From assembly GCA_963826115.1 (NCBI GenBank), contig CAWGVS010000002.1:64001-128000 (forward strand): a DNA stretch of 64,000 bases, written 5' to 3'. Under the pieces are notes generated by a model, which did not search any database, had not been told where the DNA came from, and saw only the letters and a program-made list of their open reading frames with translations. The stretch comes from an uncultured Candidatus Rokubacteria bacterium. Lineage in GTDB: Bacteria > Methylomirabilota > Methylomirabilia > Rokubacteriales > DASRDR01. The translations under genes and the position numbers were made by a program. Positions 19,860 through 29,155 of this stretch are shown here, piece after piece. How positions within the stretch are numbered: the first letter of the stretch is position 1; the number at the start of each line of letters is the position of its first letter.

Positions 19860-21047
19860 CTACTCGGCGGGTACCAGGCCGCGCGCCTGTGAGGCGCGGT
19901 AGTCGACGAGCTGGGCGATGGTCGCGTCGATGGCGGCGCCGAGCTCCGCGTGCCACGGCTGCGACGCGCTGTGGGCCAGCAGCAGCCGCTCCACTCGCGC
20001 CGCGTCGAGCCGGGCGGGCACGTTCCGCTTGAGCCGGGCGAGCTTCTTGCGCCGGCGGGCGCTCAGCCGGGCGCCGTCGTTTCCCTCGCGCTCGCCCGCC
20101 GCCTCCGGATGAAATCGCCGGTCGGCCTCGATCCGGTGCAGCGCGCGGAGGCTCTCGCCGGCCACGTAGTCGGCGGGTCGGAGCGGACCGCCCCGAATCT
20201 CTCGCAGTCCGTCGTAGAAGGGCCGCAAGTAGTCGATGTCGTGGATTCGGGGCAGGTCGTTGCTGGCCATGGCGAGCCGCTCGAGCCCCACGCCGATCCC
20301 GGTGGCACCGGTCTCGAGCGGCTCGAGCCCCACGATCTCCTCGCGGCGAGGCTCCGACCCACGGAAGCGTGGCCGCCACACCAGGTACTCGGCCGTCGCC
20401 ACGTCGAGCAGCCGCGGGTGGCCGGACACCCCCATGTCGACATGGACCTCGTTCCGGTAGCCCCACGGCGTGGGGCGATGCACGTGCAGCGCGAGCAGCG
20501 TCGCGCGCGTGGCGTCCGCCGTGAGGTTCGCGTCGGGCACCCCGGCCGCGAGGAACGCGTCCCGGGAGATCGTGTCAGGAGGAATGGCGCCGTCGAACCG
20601 GTACGCCCCGCCGGTGAGGTCGGCGATCCGCCCGCCGGCCGAGTAGCTCGCGTGGATGCGCGCCGGTGGAATCCCGACCGTCTCGAGGAGCCGGATCAGC
20701 TCGGCGATCTGCCAGCGCTGGAGTGAGTCGTAGTCCGGGCGGACGCGAAGAGCGATCTCGCCGCACAGGTCGCCCATCTCGAAGACCCCCAGGTAGCGCA
20801 CCCCGTCGGCCGTCGACAAGAACGCGAAGTCGGCGAGGCGGACGCAGCTCTGGATGGTCGAGAAGACGTAGTCCCGGTGCCAGTCGAGATAGCCGCCGAA
20901 CTCCCGCAGCCAGTGGTGCTCGGTGGAGCTCAGGTTGAAGTCACCGGGGAAGGCCGCCGTGACCAGGGGCGCTCGGCGAACGGGCTGACACCCCGCATAC
21001 TTCGGCCAGCCGGCGAGGAGCGCGCGGAGGCGCGCGTAGGGAATCAT
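19860..21047 (-). CDS. Alanyl-tRNA-synthetase-like protein, catalytic domain only (divergent paralog)
   Basis: TIQSCVR (motif 2), YLGVFEM, WGYRNEVHVD, LEPLETGATGIGVGLERLA (motif 3), IHDIDYLRP; 395 aa, no editing or C-Ala domain. Confidence 0.75.
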   Translation of the reverse strand: MIPYARLRALLAGWPKYAGCQPVRRAPLVTAAFPGDFNLSSTEHHWLREFGGYLDWHRDYVFSTIQSCVRLADFAFLSTADGVRYLGVFEMGDLCGEIALRVRPDYDSLQRWQIAELIRLLETVGIPPARIHASYSAGGRIADLTGGAYRFDGAIPPDTISRDAFLAAGVPDANLTADATRATLLALHVHRPTPWGYRNEVHVDMGVSGHPRLLDVATAEYLVWRPRFRGSEPRREEIVGLEPLETGATGIGVGLERLAMASNDLPRIHDIDYLRPFYDGLREIRGGPLRPADYVAGESLRALHRIEADRRFHPEAAGEREGNDGARLSARRRKKLARLKRNVPARLDAARVERLLLAHSASQPWHAELGAAIDATIAQLVDYRASQARGLVPAE

Positions 21048-22657
21048 CGCGCGGAGTTGGCCGGGGCCGCGGGCCCCCGGGCGGGGGGGCCGGAGTGGCA
21101 GTGGAGCACCTTGCCCGAGCGCTCGCCGATCGGCGCCCGGACCTCGACCCGGAACACGCCGGTGTCCCGCCAGAGAAGCGCGGCCACGCGGGCGGCGCCG
21201 GCGCCGGCGCCGACGTGATCCAGAAAGGCGGTCGCCACCGCGCGCGGGTCGACCGGGCCCACCCGCGGGCTCACGAAGAGCACGAGGCCCGGGCGGCCGG
21301 CGGTATCTTCCTCCTCGACCAGCTGGTAGTCCGCCCCGGAGCCCCCGAACCGTGCGGGCAGCACGGTCTCCAGCGCCGCGACCGCATCCGTGTCAAGGAG
21401 CGTCATCCCGCCGGCCGTGAGCTTCTCGAAGCTCCGGACCGCGTGGAGGTGGGTCGTCCACCCGAGCGCCTCCAGCGGGCACCCGCAATGGCGCCGGGTC
21501 AGGATCCCCTCATCGCCGAGCGAGACGTTCAGGAGCGTGAGGGGCGCCGTCGGGCGGAGCGACGACACCAGGAGGGCGCCCGGCGGGAGCAGCGCGCCGG
21601 AGGCCGACCCGGCCTGGACGACGGCGTGCAGGTCGTCGAAGACGTGGATCTCGTCGGGCGACGCGGGCGCCAGGCAGCCCTCGCCGATCCGGCCCACCTC
21701 CATGCTCCCGTAGTGCGGAAGGGCGTCGACACCGGCCGCCCGGATGACGGAGAGACGCGCGGGGGTGACCGGCTCGCCGCCGATGGACATCCGGCTGCCC
21801 GCGAGGTCGAGCCCCGCCTCGCGGGCCCCGTGGCACAAGGCGACGGCCGAGCTCGGGAAGGTCGCGAGGTGCGGTGTCTGGCCGGCGTCGAGACAGCGAC
21901 GCATCCACGCTCCGACCGTCCGGGTACCATCGAGCGGCGCCCAGACAGGCGGCGGCAGCCTCGTGCCAACGACGCGACCGGCCCAGCGGAGGGCCCGGGC
22001 GGTCCAGGCATAGCGCGGATCGAGCTCGCGACTCGCGGGATCGATCTGGGAGAACCATGCCTCCGTCGGGACGCCGAGCGCGGCATGCTGGAGGAGGACG
22101 ACGAGCGCGGCGCCGCCCGGTACCACCCAGAGCGCGTGGCGCCAGCCCACCCCCTGGCGAGCCTCCAGCACGAGCCGCGCGTTCACGGCCCGATCACGAA
22201 AGTAGCGGATGTCCAGCGACACACGCGTCGCCGGGCCGCGGCTCCCGCTGCTCCGGTAGACCATGTGCGAGGCGGTCAGCGGGTTCGCGAGGCTCGCCGG
22301 GGCCACGTCGAAGGTGGTCGACCCCCGGATGACCGGCCGCCGGCCCTTCGCCTCGTCCGCAGTCAGGAAGACCCCGTGGCGCGCCAGGCGGGTGAGCGTC
22401 GACTCCACGCCGTCCTGGGCGACCATCCGCTCAAGATCGGCGTACGCGCAGCCCGCCATCGCCAGGAGCCGAGCGTAGGGGCTCGCCGCCTGGCCGAAGG
22501 CCGCGCGGCGGACCAGCGTGAGGAAGTCGGCCGACCGGGCCTCCTGGCGAGACCGGAGGGCGGCACGCGCTATCGGGCCGCTCATGGGTCGGCGGAAGAG
22601 GCCGGGGAGCCGCGCGACCAGCCGCACCCCTCGTATCGCGTCGGCCGCCCAGGACAC
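21044..22657 (-). CDS. PaaK/CapK-like adenylate-forming enzyme
   Basis: RSSGSRG (P-loop), IGGEPVT, HYGSMEVG, LLNVSLGD, terminal ERSGKVLH; GTG start 2 nt after upstream stop. Confidence 0.78.
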   Translation of the reverse strand: MSWAADAIRGVRLVARLPGLFRRPMSGPIARAALRSRQEARSADFLTLVRRAAFGQAASPYARLLAMAGCAYADLERMVAQDGVESTLTRLARHGVFLTADEAKGRRPVIRGSTTFDVAPASLANPLTASHMVYRSSGSRGPATRVSLDIRYFRDRAVNARLVLEARQGVGWRHALWVVPGGAALVVLLQHAALGVPTEAWFSQIDPASRELDPRYAWTARALRWAGRVVGTRLPPPVWAPLDGTRTVGAWMRRCLDAGQTPHLATFPSSAVALCHGAREAGLDLAGSRMSIGGEPVTPARLSVIRAAGVDALPHYGSMEVGRIGEGCLAPASPDEIHVFDDLHAVVQAGSASGALLPPGALLVSSLRPTAPLTLLNVSLGDEGILTRRHCGCPLEALGWTTHLHAVRSFEKLTAGGMTLLDTDAVAALETVLPARFGGSGADYQLVEEEDTAGRPGLVLFVSPRVGPVDPRAVATAFLDHVGAGAGAARVAALLWRDTGVFRVEVRAPIGERSGKVLHCHSGPPARGPAAPANSAR

Positions 22658-22659
22658 GG

Positions 22660-24042
22660 TCAGATCTGCCCGGTTGCGCCGCACGCCTCGATGCGTCGGA
22701 CGTACGCGGGGTCGTCGTAGCGGGAGAGGAGGAAGGCGGAGGCGTAGTCCGGCAGCGGCGCGCCGGTGACGTGGGCCGCGGCCAGCTCGCCGCCGGCGCA
22801 GCTCGCCATGATGCCGAAGCCCGAGTACGCGCTCGAGACGTAGGCGCCCTCGACCGGGAGCGGTCCGATGAGCGGCCGGTTCTCGCGCGTCTTCGCGTAG
22901 TAGCCGCCGTCGACGTAGGCGCGCGGCATCGGGTCGAGGTAGCCTCGGAAGCCCGGCAGCATGCGCGCCATCCCGCGGATCACGAGCTCGGTGTAGAAGG
23001 GCGGCTCCGGCATCGGGAACACGACCTCGGTCGCCGCCGAGTCGTACGACCAGAGCACGAGCAGCGTCCGGCTCTCCGGGCTCGCGCCCTCGGGGCGCGT
23101 GTGGACGCCCGGCGGGAACGGCTCGAGCATCCAGCGGAGCTCGGGATCCGCCGCGAGGGCCGCCCGCTCCTCGGCACTCCACGGAAGCGTCTGCCCGTCG
23201 TCCCAGATGAGGAACGGCGCGTCCCGCGGGACCGCGCCGAGCGTGTCCTCGATCGCGATCTTGTGGTGCTGCTCGGAGAACACGGGGAGCGTGAGCCCGA
23301 GGAGCCGCGCGGCGTCGGGAAGGAGCGGCCCCGCCGCGAGGACCAGGCGCGCGGTCGCGAGCGACCGCGAGCCGCCCGGCCCGTCGATCCGGACCCCGGT
23401 GACACGCCCTCCGACGACGTCGATCGCCGCGAGGCGCCCGGTGACGAGCTCGGCGCCGGCCCGGCGGGCGAGCTCGAGGAGATGCATCCCCAGCTGCTGC
23501 CCGGAGAGCCACCCACAGCGGCGCGCGTGGAGGAGCGCCACGGTGTCGTCGGCAACGTACGGGAAGTGGCGGCGGATCAAGGCGCGATCGAGGAGCAGGT
23601 CGATCCCCGCGGGCTGGGCATGCCAGTCCCCCGCCGAGGGCGGCGGGTAGACGGCCCGAGCGGCACCGCCGTCGTGGACCCGGAGCGGCCCCGCGCCCCA
23701 GCCGGCCACGGTCTCGGCCATCGCCCGGAGCTCGGCGGCGCGCGCCGGCGCCGCCGTCCCGAAGACATAGCCCCGCCGGTTCATGCGGAACACGTTGTCG
23801 CTCGCGTCGGCGAGATGCTCGAGGAGGTCGATGCTGCGGTTCATGAACCGCACCATCGCGTCGTCGGGGCCCGGCCAGAAGTTCCGGTAGGCCTCGGTCG
23901 ACTTGTCGCTCGTGAGCGACAGCGGCGGCCGCTCGTCCACGAGGACGACCCGCCGCACGCCGTGGCGCGCGGCCAGGTGGTAGGCGGCCGCGACGCCGGC
24001 GATGCCGGCGCCACAGACGACGACGTCGGCCGCGGGCGTCAC
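22660..24042 (-). CDS. FAD-dependent oxidoreductase (DAO/sarcosine oxidase beta-like)
   Basis: VVVCGAGIAG Rossmann motif; LVLAAG; YYAKTRENRPLIGP; SGFGIMAS. Confidence 0.88.
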   Translation of the reverse strand: MTPAADVVVCGAGIAGVAAAYHLAARHGVRRVVLVDERPPLSLTSDKSTEAYRNFWPGPDDAMVRFMNRSIDLLEHLADASDNVFRMNRRGYVFGTAAPARAAELRAMAETVAGWGAGPLRVHDGGAARAVYPPPSAGDWHAQPAGIDLLLDRALIRRHFPYVADDTVALLHARRCGWLSGQQLGMHLLELARRAGAELVTGRLAAIDVVGGRVTGVRIDGPGGSRSLATARLVLAAGPLLPDAARLLGLTLPVFSEQHHKIAIEDTLGAVPRDAPFLIWDDGQTLPWSAEERAALAADPELRWMLEPFPPGVHTRPEGASPESRTLLVLWSYDSAATEVVFPMPEPPFYTELVIRGMARMLPGFRGYLDPMPRAYVDGGYYAKTRENRPLIGPLPVEGAYVSSAYSGFGIMASCAGGELAAAHVTGAPLPDYASAFLLSRYDDPAYVRRIEACGATGQI

Positions 24043-24061
24043 GAGCCCGGGACCCGCGTGG

Positions 24062-25402
24062 CTAGTCGCGGAGGCGGCGGACCACCCGGTCGACGGCGCC
24101 GACCAGCTCGTCGATCTCCGTCTCGGTGGTCATGACGCCGAGGGCGCCCGCGCACGTGGTCTGCATCAGGATCCCCTCGTTCAGCAGGCCCGTGTAGAGA
24201 CCGCGCGTCATCTCGGCGTCGTCCGCGACGACGTCGCGGTAGCTCCGGATCGGCCGCGCGTTGAAGTGGATCCCGAACAGCGAGGCGGCCCCCGTCACCT
24301 GGGTCGGCACCCCGGTCGCCTGGAGCGTCCGGCGGAGCTTCTCCCGGAGCGACTCGCCCAGCTCGGCGAGGCGCCGGTAGATCGGCGGCGTCAGCGCGCG
24401 CATGACCGCCTCCCCGGCGACGAGCGTCATCGGGTTCGCGTTGAACGTCCCCGCGTGGGCGATGCGCGCCCCGCCGGCCGCCGTGGGGTCGTACTGGGCC
24501 ATGATGTCCCGGCGGCCGCCGAAGGCGCCGATCGGCAGGCCCCCGCCGATGATCTTCCCGAAGCAGGTGAGGTCCGGCGTCACGCCGAAGAGCTCCTGGG
24601 CGCCCCCCGGCGCGACCCGCAGGCTCTGCACCTCGTCGTAGATCAGGACGATGTTGAGCTCCTCGGTCAGCTTCCGGATCCCGCGAAGGAACTCCGGGTC
24701 GCCGGGGACGTAGCCGAAGCTCGAGACGATCGGCTCCATGATCAGGGCGCCGATCTCGTCCTTGTGGGCGCGGAGGATCCGGTCGCACGCGGGCAGGTCG
24801 TTGTACGGGAGCACGACCACGTCCCGGAGGACGCCCTCGGGCTGGCCGGGGTACTCGGGGATCGCCGACGGCCCCTTCGGATCCAGGCGGTCCGCCGAGG
24901 GCCGGACGCTCACCGCCACGTGCTCGTGAGCGCCATGGTAGCCGCCCTCGAACTTCGCGAGCTTGTGCTTGCCCGTGAACGCCCACGCGGCCCGGATGGC
25001 CATGAGCGTCCCCTCGGTGCCCGAGTTCGTGAAGCGGATGGTGTCGAGCGAGGGGATGCGGTCGCAGAGGAGCCGCGCGACCCGGACCTGCACCTCGGTC
25101 GGGGTGCTGAAGGCCGTGCCCTTCCGGATCTGCTCGCCGAGCGCCTCGACGACCATCGGGTTCGCGTGTCCCACGATGAGCGTCGTCGCGTTCAGCATGA
25201 AGTCGAGGTAGCGGTTCCCGTCGACGTCGTAGACGTAGTGCCCGTCGCCGTGGTCCGCGAAGAAGGGATAGGGCGAGAAGTAGGCGGTGCCGCGGGAGCT
25301 CCCGCCGGGCAGGACCTGCTCGGCCTCGGCCTGGAGGGCCCGGGACTTGGGGGTCTTCGCGGTGTACCGCTCGATCTCTCGGGCGACGGCCTTCGACGTC
25401 AT
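24062..25402 (-). CDS. Class III PLP aminotransferase (GSA-aminomutase-like)
   Basis: DVDGNRYLD, RFTNSGTE, FEGGYHG, LIYDEV, DLTCFGKIIGGGLPIGAFGG, AGTFNANP; GGAGG SD before MTSKAV. Confidence 0.92.
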   Translation of the reverse strand: MTSKAVAREIERYTAKTPKSRALQAEAEQVLPGGSSRGTAYFSPYPFFADHGDGHYVYDVDGNRYLDFMLNATTLIVGHANPMVVEALGEQIRKGTAFSTPTEVQVRVARLLCDRIPSLDTIRFTNSGTEGTLMAIRAAWAFTGKHKLAKFEGGYHGAHEHVAVSVRPSADRLDPKGPSAIPEYPGQPEGVLRDVVVLPYNDLPACDRILRAHKDEIGALIMEPIVSSFGYVPGDPEFLRGIRKLTEELNIVLIYDEVQSLRVAPGGAQELFGVTPDLTCFGKIIGGGLPIGAFGGRRDIMAQYDPTAAGGARIAHAGTFNANPMTLVAGEAVMRALTPPIYRRLAELGESLREKLRRTLQATGVPTQVTGAASLFGIHFNARPIRSYRDVVADDAEMTRGLYTGLLNEGILMQTTCAGALGVMTTETEIDELVGAVDRVVRRLRD

Positions 25403-25502
25403 GGACTCTCCTCCGCATTCGGCGCGCTCGGACCGCCGCGCCTGCGCGGAAAAGGATTCCACGACCGTCCGCGCGCCGCAAGGCCCGCCCGGACGTCGAG
25501 GT

Positions 25503-25566
25503 CCGGGGTCAGATCCCGACGTTGCCTTTTTCCGCGCCGGAAGTCGAAGTCAGGGCCGGACCCCGG
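25503..25566. repeat. Degenerate REP-like inverted repeat
   Basis: CCGGGGTCAGATCCCGAC...GTCAGGGCCGGACCCCGG; perfect outer 8 bp (CCGGGGTC/GACCCCGG), imperfect inner arms. Confidence 0.45.
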
Positions 25567-25587
25567 CGCGTGCTTTACCCTGGGGCG

Positions 25588-25989
25588 ATGGAGGCGCGGG
25601 TCCGCCGGGCCCTCGAGACCGAGCGCACCATCGACATCACCACGATCGGGCGCACCACGGGGCGCCCGCGGCGGATCGAGATGTGGTTCCACAACCTCGA
25701 CGGCCGGCTCTACCTCACGGGCACACCGGGGACCCGCGACTGGTACGCCAACCTGCAACAGCACCCGGTCTTCATCTTTCACCTCAAGGGCCGGGTGCGG
25801 GCCGACCTGCCGGCGCGCGCCACGCCCATCGTGGAGCCGGCGCGGCGCCGGGCCATCCTCACGCCGCTCCTCGACCGTCTGGGCCGGGCGGCGGACCTGG
25901 AGGCGTGGGTCCGCGAGAGCCCGCTGGTCGAGGTGGAGATCTTCGCCGTCGAGCCCGGAGCCGGCGCCGGCGAACCCCCGACGGCCTGA
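25588..25989 (+). CDS. Deazaflavin(F420)-dependent nitroreductase-like / split-barrel protein
   Basis: IDITTIGRTTGRPRRIEMWF...RDWYANLQQHP. Confidence 0.8.
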   Translation: MEARVRRALETERTIDITTIGRTTGRPRRIEMWFHNLDGRLYLTGTPGTRDWYANLQQHPVFIFHLKGRVRADLPARATPIVEPARRRAILTPLLDRLGRAADLEAWVRESPLVEVEIFAVEPGAGAGEPPTA

Positions 25990-26047
25990 CGGCTTCCCGG
26001 CCAACTCACTCGGCCCGGTCCGGACGGCCGGGCGGGCCGGCGCCGCC

Positions 26048-26076
26048 TGGACACCCCCGGCCGCGTCGGGTACCGT
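26048..26076 (+). promoter_or_regulatory. sigma70-type promoter for the EamA gene
   Basis: TGGACA-17bp-TACCGT. Confidence 0.45.
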
Positions 26077-26134
26077 CGGCGAGGCCACGCCGGGATCCGG
26101 GCGCGCCCGGAAGCGGGGCTCCGAAGGAGGCGCG

Positions 26135-27016
26135 GTGGACCGGCCCCAGAGCGTGACGCGGGCGCTCGCCTACATGGTGGGGGCCGCGGTCGCGTTCGCG
26201 ATCCTGAACGCCGCGGTCAAATCGCTCCGCGGCGAGATCCCGACGGTCCAGCTCGTGTGGGTGCGGACGCTGGGCCACCTCCTCTTCGTGATCGCCGCGT
26301 TCGCCCCGCGCCACGGGTGGAAGCTCTTCGAGACCCGGCATCCCGTCTTCCAGCTCGTCCGCTCCTGCCTCCTCCTCACCTCGACCGTCTTCTACTTCAC
26401 GGCGATCGGCTTCGTCACCCTCGCGACCGCCGCCACGATCTCGTTCATGACGCCGTGCCTGATCGCGGTGCTGGCGGGGCCGATGCTCGGCGAGCGCGTC
26501 GGGCCCCGCCGCTGGGCCGCCGTGGGCTTCGGCTTCCTCGGCGTGCTGATCGTGGCGCGCCCGGGCGCGGACACCGCCAACCTCGCGTCCCTCCTGGTGC
26601 TCGGGAGCGCGGCCGCCTCGGCCCTCTACGACCTCCTCACCCGGCGTGTCGTCGCCGCGGACCCGCCGGAGACCGCCGTCGGCTACGCCGCCGTCGTCGG
26701 CACGGTCGTCCTGGCCATGGTGGTGCCGTTCGTGTGGACTCCGCCGCGGTCCTGGTCGAGCCTCCTCATCATGCTGAGCCTCGGACTCTGGGGCGGGCTC
26801 GGGCACTACCTCACCGCCCGCGCGTACCACTGCGCGCCCGCGTCGGTGGTCGCGCCGTTCTCGTACCTGCAGCTCGTGGGAGCGGCGATCAGCGGCTATC
26901 TCGCGTTCGGCGAGGTGCCGGGCGCCGGCGTGTGGCTCGGCGCCGGGCTGATCGTGGCGAGCGGGCTCTTCCTCGTCTACGCCGAGGGCCGCGCTCGCCG
27001 CGCCGCGGGCGCCTGA
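26135..27016 (+). CDS. DMT/EamA family transporter
   Basis: 10 TM; LGERVGPRRW, VLIVARPG, ASVVAPFSYLQLV, FGEVP; AAGGAGG SD. Confidence 0.92.
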   Translation: MDRPQSVTRALAYMVGAAVAFAILNAAVKSLRGEIPTVQLVWVRTLGHLLFVIAAFAPRHGWKLFETRHPVFQLVRSCLLLTSTVFYFTAIGFVTLATAATISFMTPCLIAVLAGPMLGERVGPRRWAAVGFGFLGVLIVARPGADTANLASLLVLGSAAASALYDLLTRRVVAADPPETAVGYAAVVGTVVLAMVVPFVWTPPRSWSSLLIMLSLGLWGGLGHYLTARAYHCAPASVVAPFSYLQLVGAAISGYLAFGEVPGAGVWLGAGLIVASGLFLVYAEGRARRAAGA

Positions 27017-27351
27017 CCCGCGGTGATCACGCCGCCCTCGTCCGATCTCCGACCGTCCTTGCGTGGGACTCGGACGCCGCGCTATCGTTCTGGCGCGCCG
27101 GCCCGAGGGAGACGCCGAGGAACGCGCCGGCTCGCCCGGGCTCCGGCGCTCAGAGCCAACCTGGTGACCTCGCGCACGGCTGCCCCGGCGGTCCGATCCG
27201 CGGCGCTCCCGCGGGTCGCGACCCTGCCGTCCCGAGTCCCCACCGCACGCTCGATCCACGGGCCCGCCTCGCAGGCGCCTCGCCGACCGTAACCGAGGCG
27301 CCTAGATTGGCGACGAATCCGACCGGAGCCGGACGAGAGCCTGGTGCCGAC

Positions 27352-29112
27352 GTGCAGCCGCTCGCGCGGAGGCAAGCCCCGGATCGCGTCGGCCCCTTCC
27401 GGCGGGGCGCCCATGCGCCCTTGGCGATTCGCTGGTTCGGCTCGACCGCCCTGACCGGCCACCTCCGACACCTGGTGGCGGTGGCCGCCGCGAGCAATCA
27501 GCTCGACCTGCGAGACTGGATGCGCCCGGAGGACGGGACCGCGCTGCTCGGCCGGGTGGGCAGCGTCCTGGGCGCCGCGGCGTCCGGCGCCAGCCTGGCC
27601 GAGCGCCTGGGTCGGGAGGTGTGGATCGACTTCGTGGCCGACACCGGTGACGACTACGACGTGAGCGCCGCGGTGGCGCGCATGCTGTTCGCCGAGTACG
27701 CGCTGTCGGAGGACCAGCGCGCCCTGCCTCGCGGCGACCTCCTGGTGTTTGGCGGCGACACTGCGTATCCGGCAGCCTCCGCACACGAGATCGAGCGCCG
27801 GCTGCTCCGGCCCTGGAACCTCGCCCTGCGCCACCGGGCGGATGGCCGCCCTCGTGTCCTGCTCGGGATCCCGGGCAACCACGACTGGTACGACGGCCTC
27901 GACGGTTTCGGGCGCCTCTTCCGGCGGAGCGCGACCGGCGGGCTCGCCCCCCCGGCCAGCGCCGTGGCCACCGCCGGAGAGGTGGACGATTCCTCCGCGG
28001 GGCGGACCGAGGGCGCGATCAAGCGGCAGCTGCACGTCGACGAGCTCGCGGAGTCGCTGCGCATGGCCGAAGAGGCGATCGAGTCCCTCGCGGCCCTCCT
28101 GGGCCGCTCGATGGTCCGACGAGCGGGCCGGCTCACCCTCGCGGGGTACACCGCCGTCCAGGAAGCGTCCTACTGGGCGCTGCCGCTCGCGCCGGGCCTG
28201 GACCTCTGGGGCGTCGACCGCCAGCTCCGCGGGGCGGACTTCCGGCAGCGGCTCTTCTTCGCCCAGCGGCGCGCCGAGGCCCATCCCGGGAAGATCGCCT
28301 TCGTGGCCCCCGATCCGGCCCTCGCGTACGGCGAGCCCAACCCGCCGGGCAAGAAGCTGCTCGAGGCCTGCGGCCTCGGACTGGACACGGCCCGACTCTG
28401 CTACCTGACCGCGGACTACCATCACTACGAACGCCACACGGTGGGGAACTCGCTGCACGTCGTCGCGGGCGGCGGCGGCGCGTTCCTCCACGGCACCCGG
28501 ATCGACCCGAGCCCGCCCGAGGCGCGACCTGACTGCGTCTATCCTGACGGACCCACCAGCCTCCGCCTCCTCCTCGGCATGCCGCTGAAGCTCGCGGCCG
28601 GGACGGCCGGCTTTCTCCCGCACATCACGTTCGGCCTGCTCGCCGCGCTCGAGATCTGGGCGGTGCGGCGCGGGCCGATCGCCGGCGCCCTGGTCGCGAG
28701 CGTCGTGACCCTGGTCGCCATCTTCTGCCTGAGCCTTGCGGTGCAGGCGCGCCTCGAGCGTCCCCGCGCGACCTGGGCCGCGGCGTCCCTGTTCGGGCTG
28801 ATCCTCGGGCTCGCCCCGCTGGGACTGCACCGGTTCCTGCCTCGCGTGGTGCCGTGGCTGGGCGACCTCGTGCCGGTGGCGCTCGGACAGGCCTTCCTCG
28901 GAAGCCTCGTCCTGGGGGTGTTCCTCCTCACGCTGGCCCTCACCGGGCTCGAGCGCCAGCAGGGATTCGCCGCCCTGGGTCATCCGGGCTTCCGACACTT
29001 CGTCCGCCTCTGCGTCCATCCCGGAGGCCGGATCGAGGGATTCGTCATCGGCAAGGACGACCCGCTGGGCAAGGATCCGCCCGTCCTGATCGATCGGTTC
29101 GTCTGGGATTGA
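27352..29112 (+). CDS. Calcineurin-like metallophosphoesterase with C-terminal TM segments
   Basis: DFVADTGD, GGDTAYP, PGNHDWYDG, ADYHHYER, GGGGAFLH; start approximate. Confidence 0.82.
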   Translation: MQPLARRQAPDRVGPFRRGAHAPLAIRWFGSTALTGHLRHLVAVAAASNQLDLRDWMRPEDGTALLGRVGSVLGAAASGASLAERLGREVWIDFVADTGDDYDVSAAVARMLFAEYALSEDQRALPRGDLLVFGGDTAYPAASAHEIERRLLRPWNLALRHRADGRPRVLLGIPGNHDWYDGLDGFGRLFRRSATGGLAPPASAVATAGEVDDSSAGRTEGAIKRQLHVDELAESLRMAEEAIESLAALLGRSMVRRAGRLTLAGYTAVQEASYWALPLAPGLDLWGVDRQLRGADFRQRLFFAQRRAEAHPGKIAFVAPDPALAYGEPNPPGKKLLEACGLGLDTARLCYLTADYHHYERHTVGNSLHVVAGGGGAFLHGTRIDPSPPEARPDCVYPDGPTSLRLLLGMPLKLAAGTAGFLPHITFGLLAALEIWAVRRGPIAGALVASVVTLVAIFCLSLAVQARLERPRATWAAASLFGLILGLAPLGLHRFLPRVVPWLGDLVPVALGQAFLGSLVLGVFLLTLALTGLERQQGFAALGHPGFRHFVRLCVHPGGRIEGFVIGKDDPLGKDPPVLIDRFVWD

Positions 29113-29155
29113 GCGCGCGCCACACTCGCCCGCACCCCATGCTCCGGGAGGACCG

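Noticed and set aside
19860-21047. Naming the gene alaS
   Set aside because: Less than half the normal length, with alanine-binding residues substituted
24062-25402. Naming the aminotransferase hemL
   Set aside because: Lacks the PGGVNSPVR signature (has PGGSSRG) and has no tetrapyrrole context
26077-26134. Guanidine-type riboswitch before the EamA gene
   Set aside because: One GC hairpin (CCGGGCGCGCCCGG) but no paired ACGR loops or other consensus features
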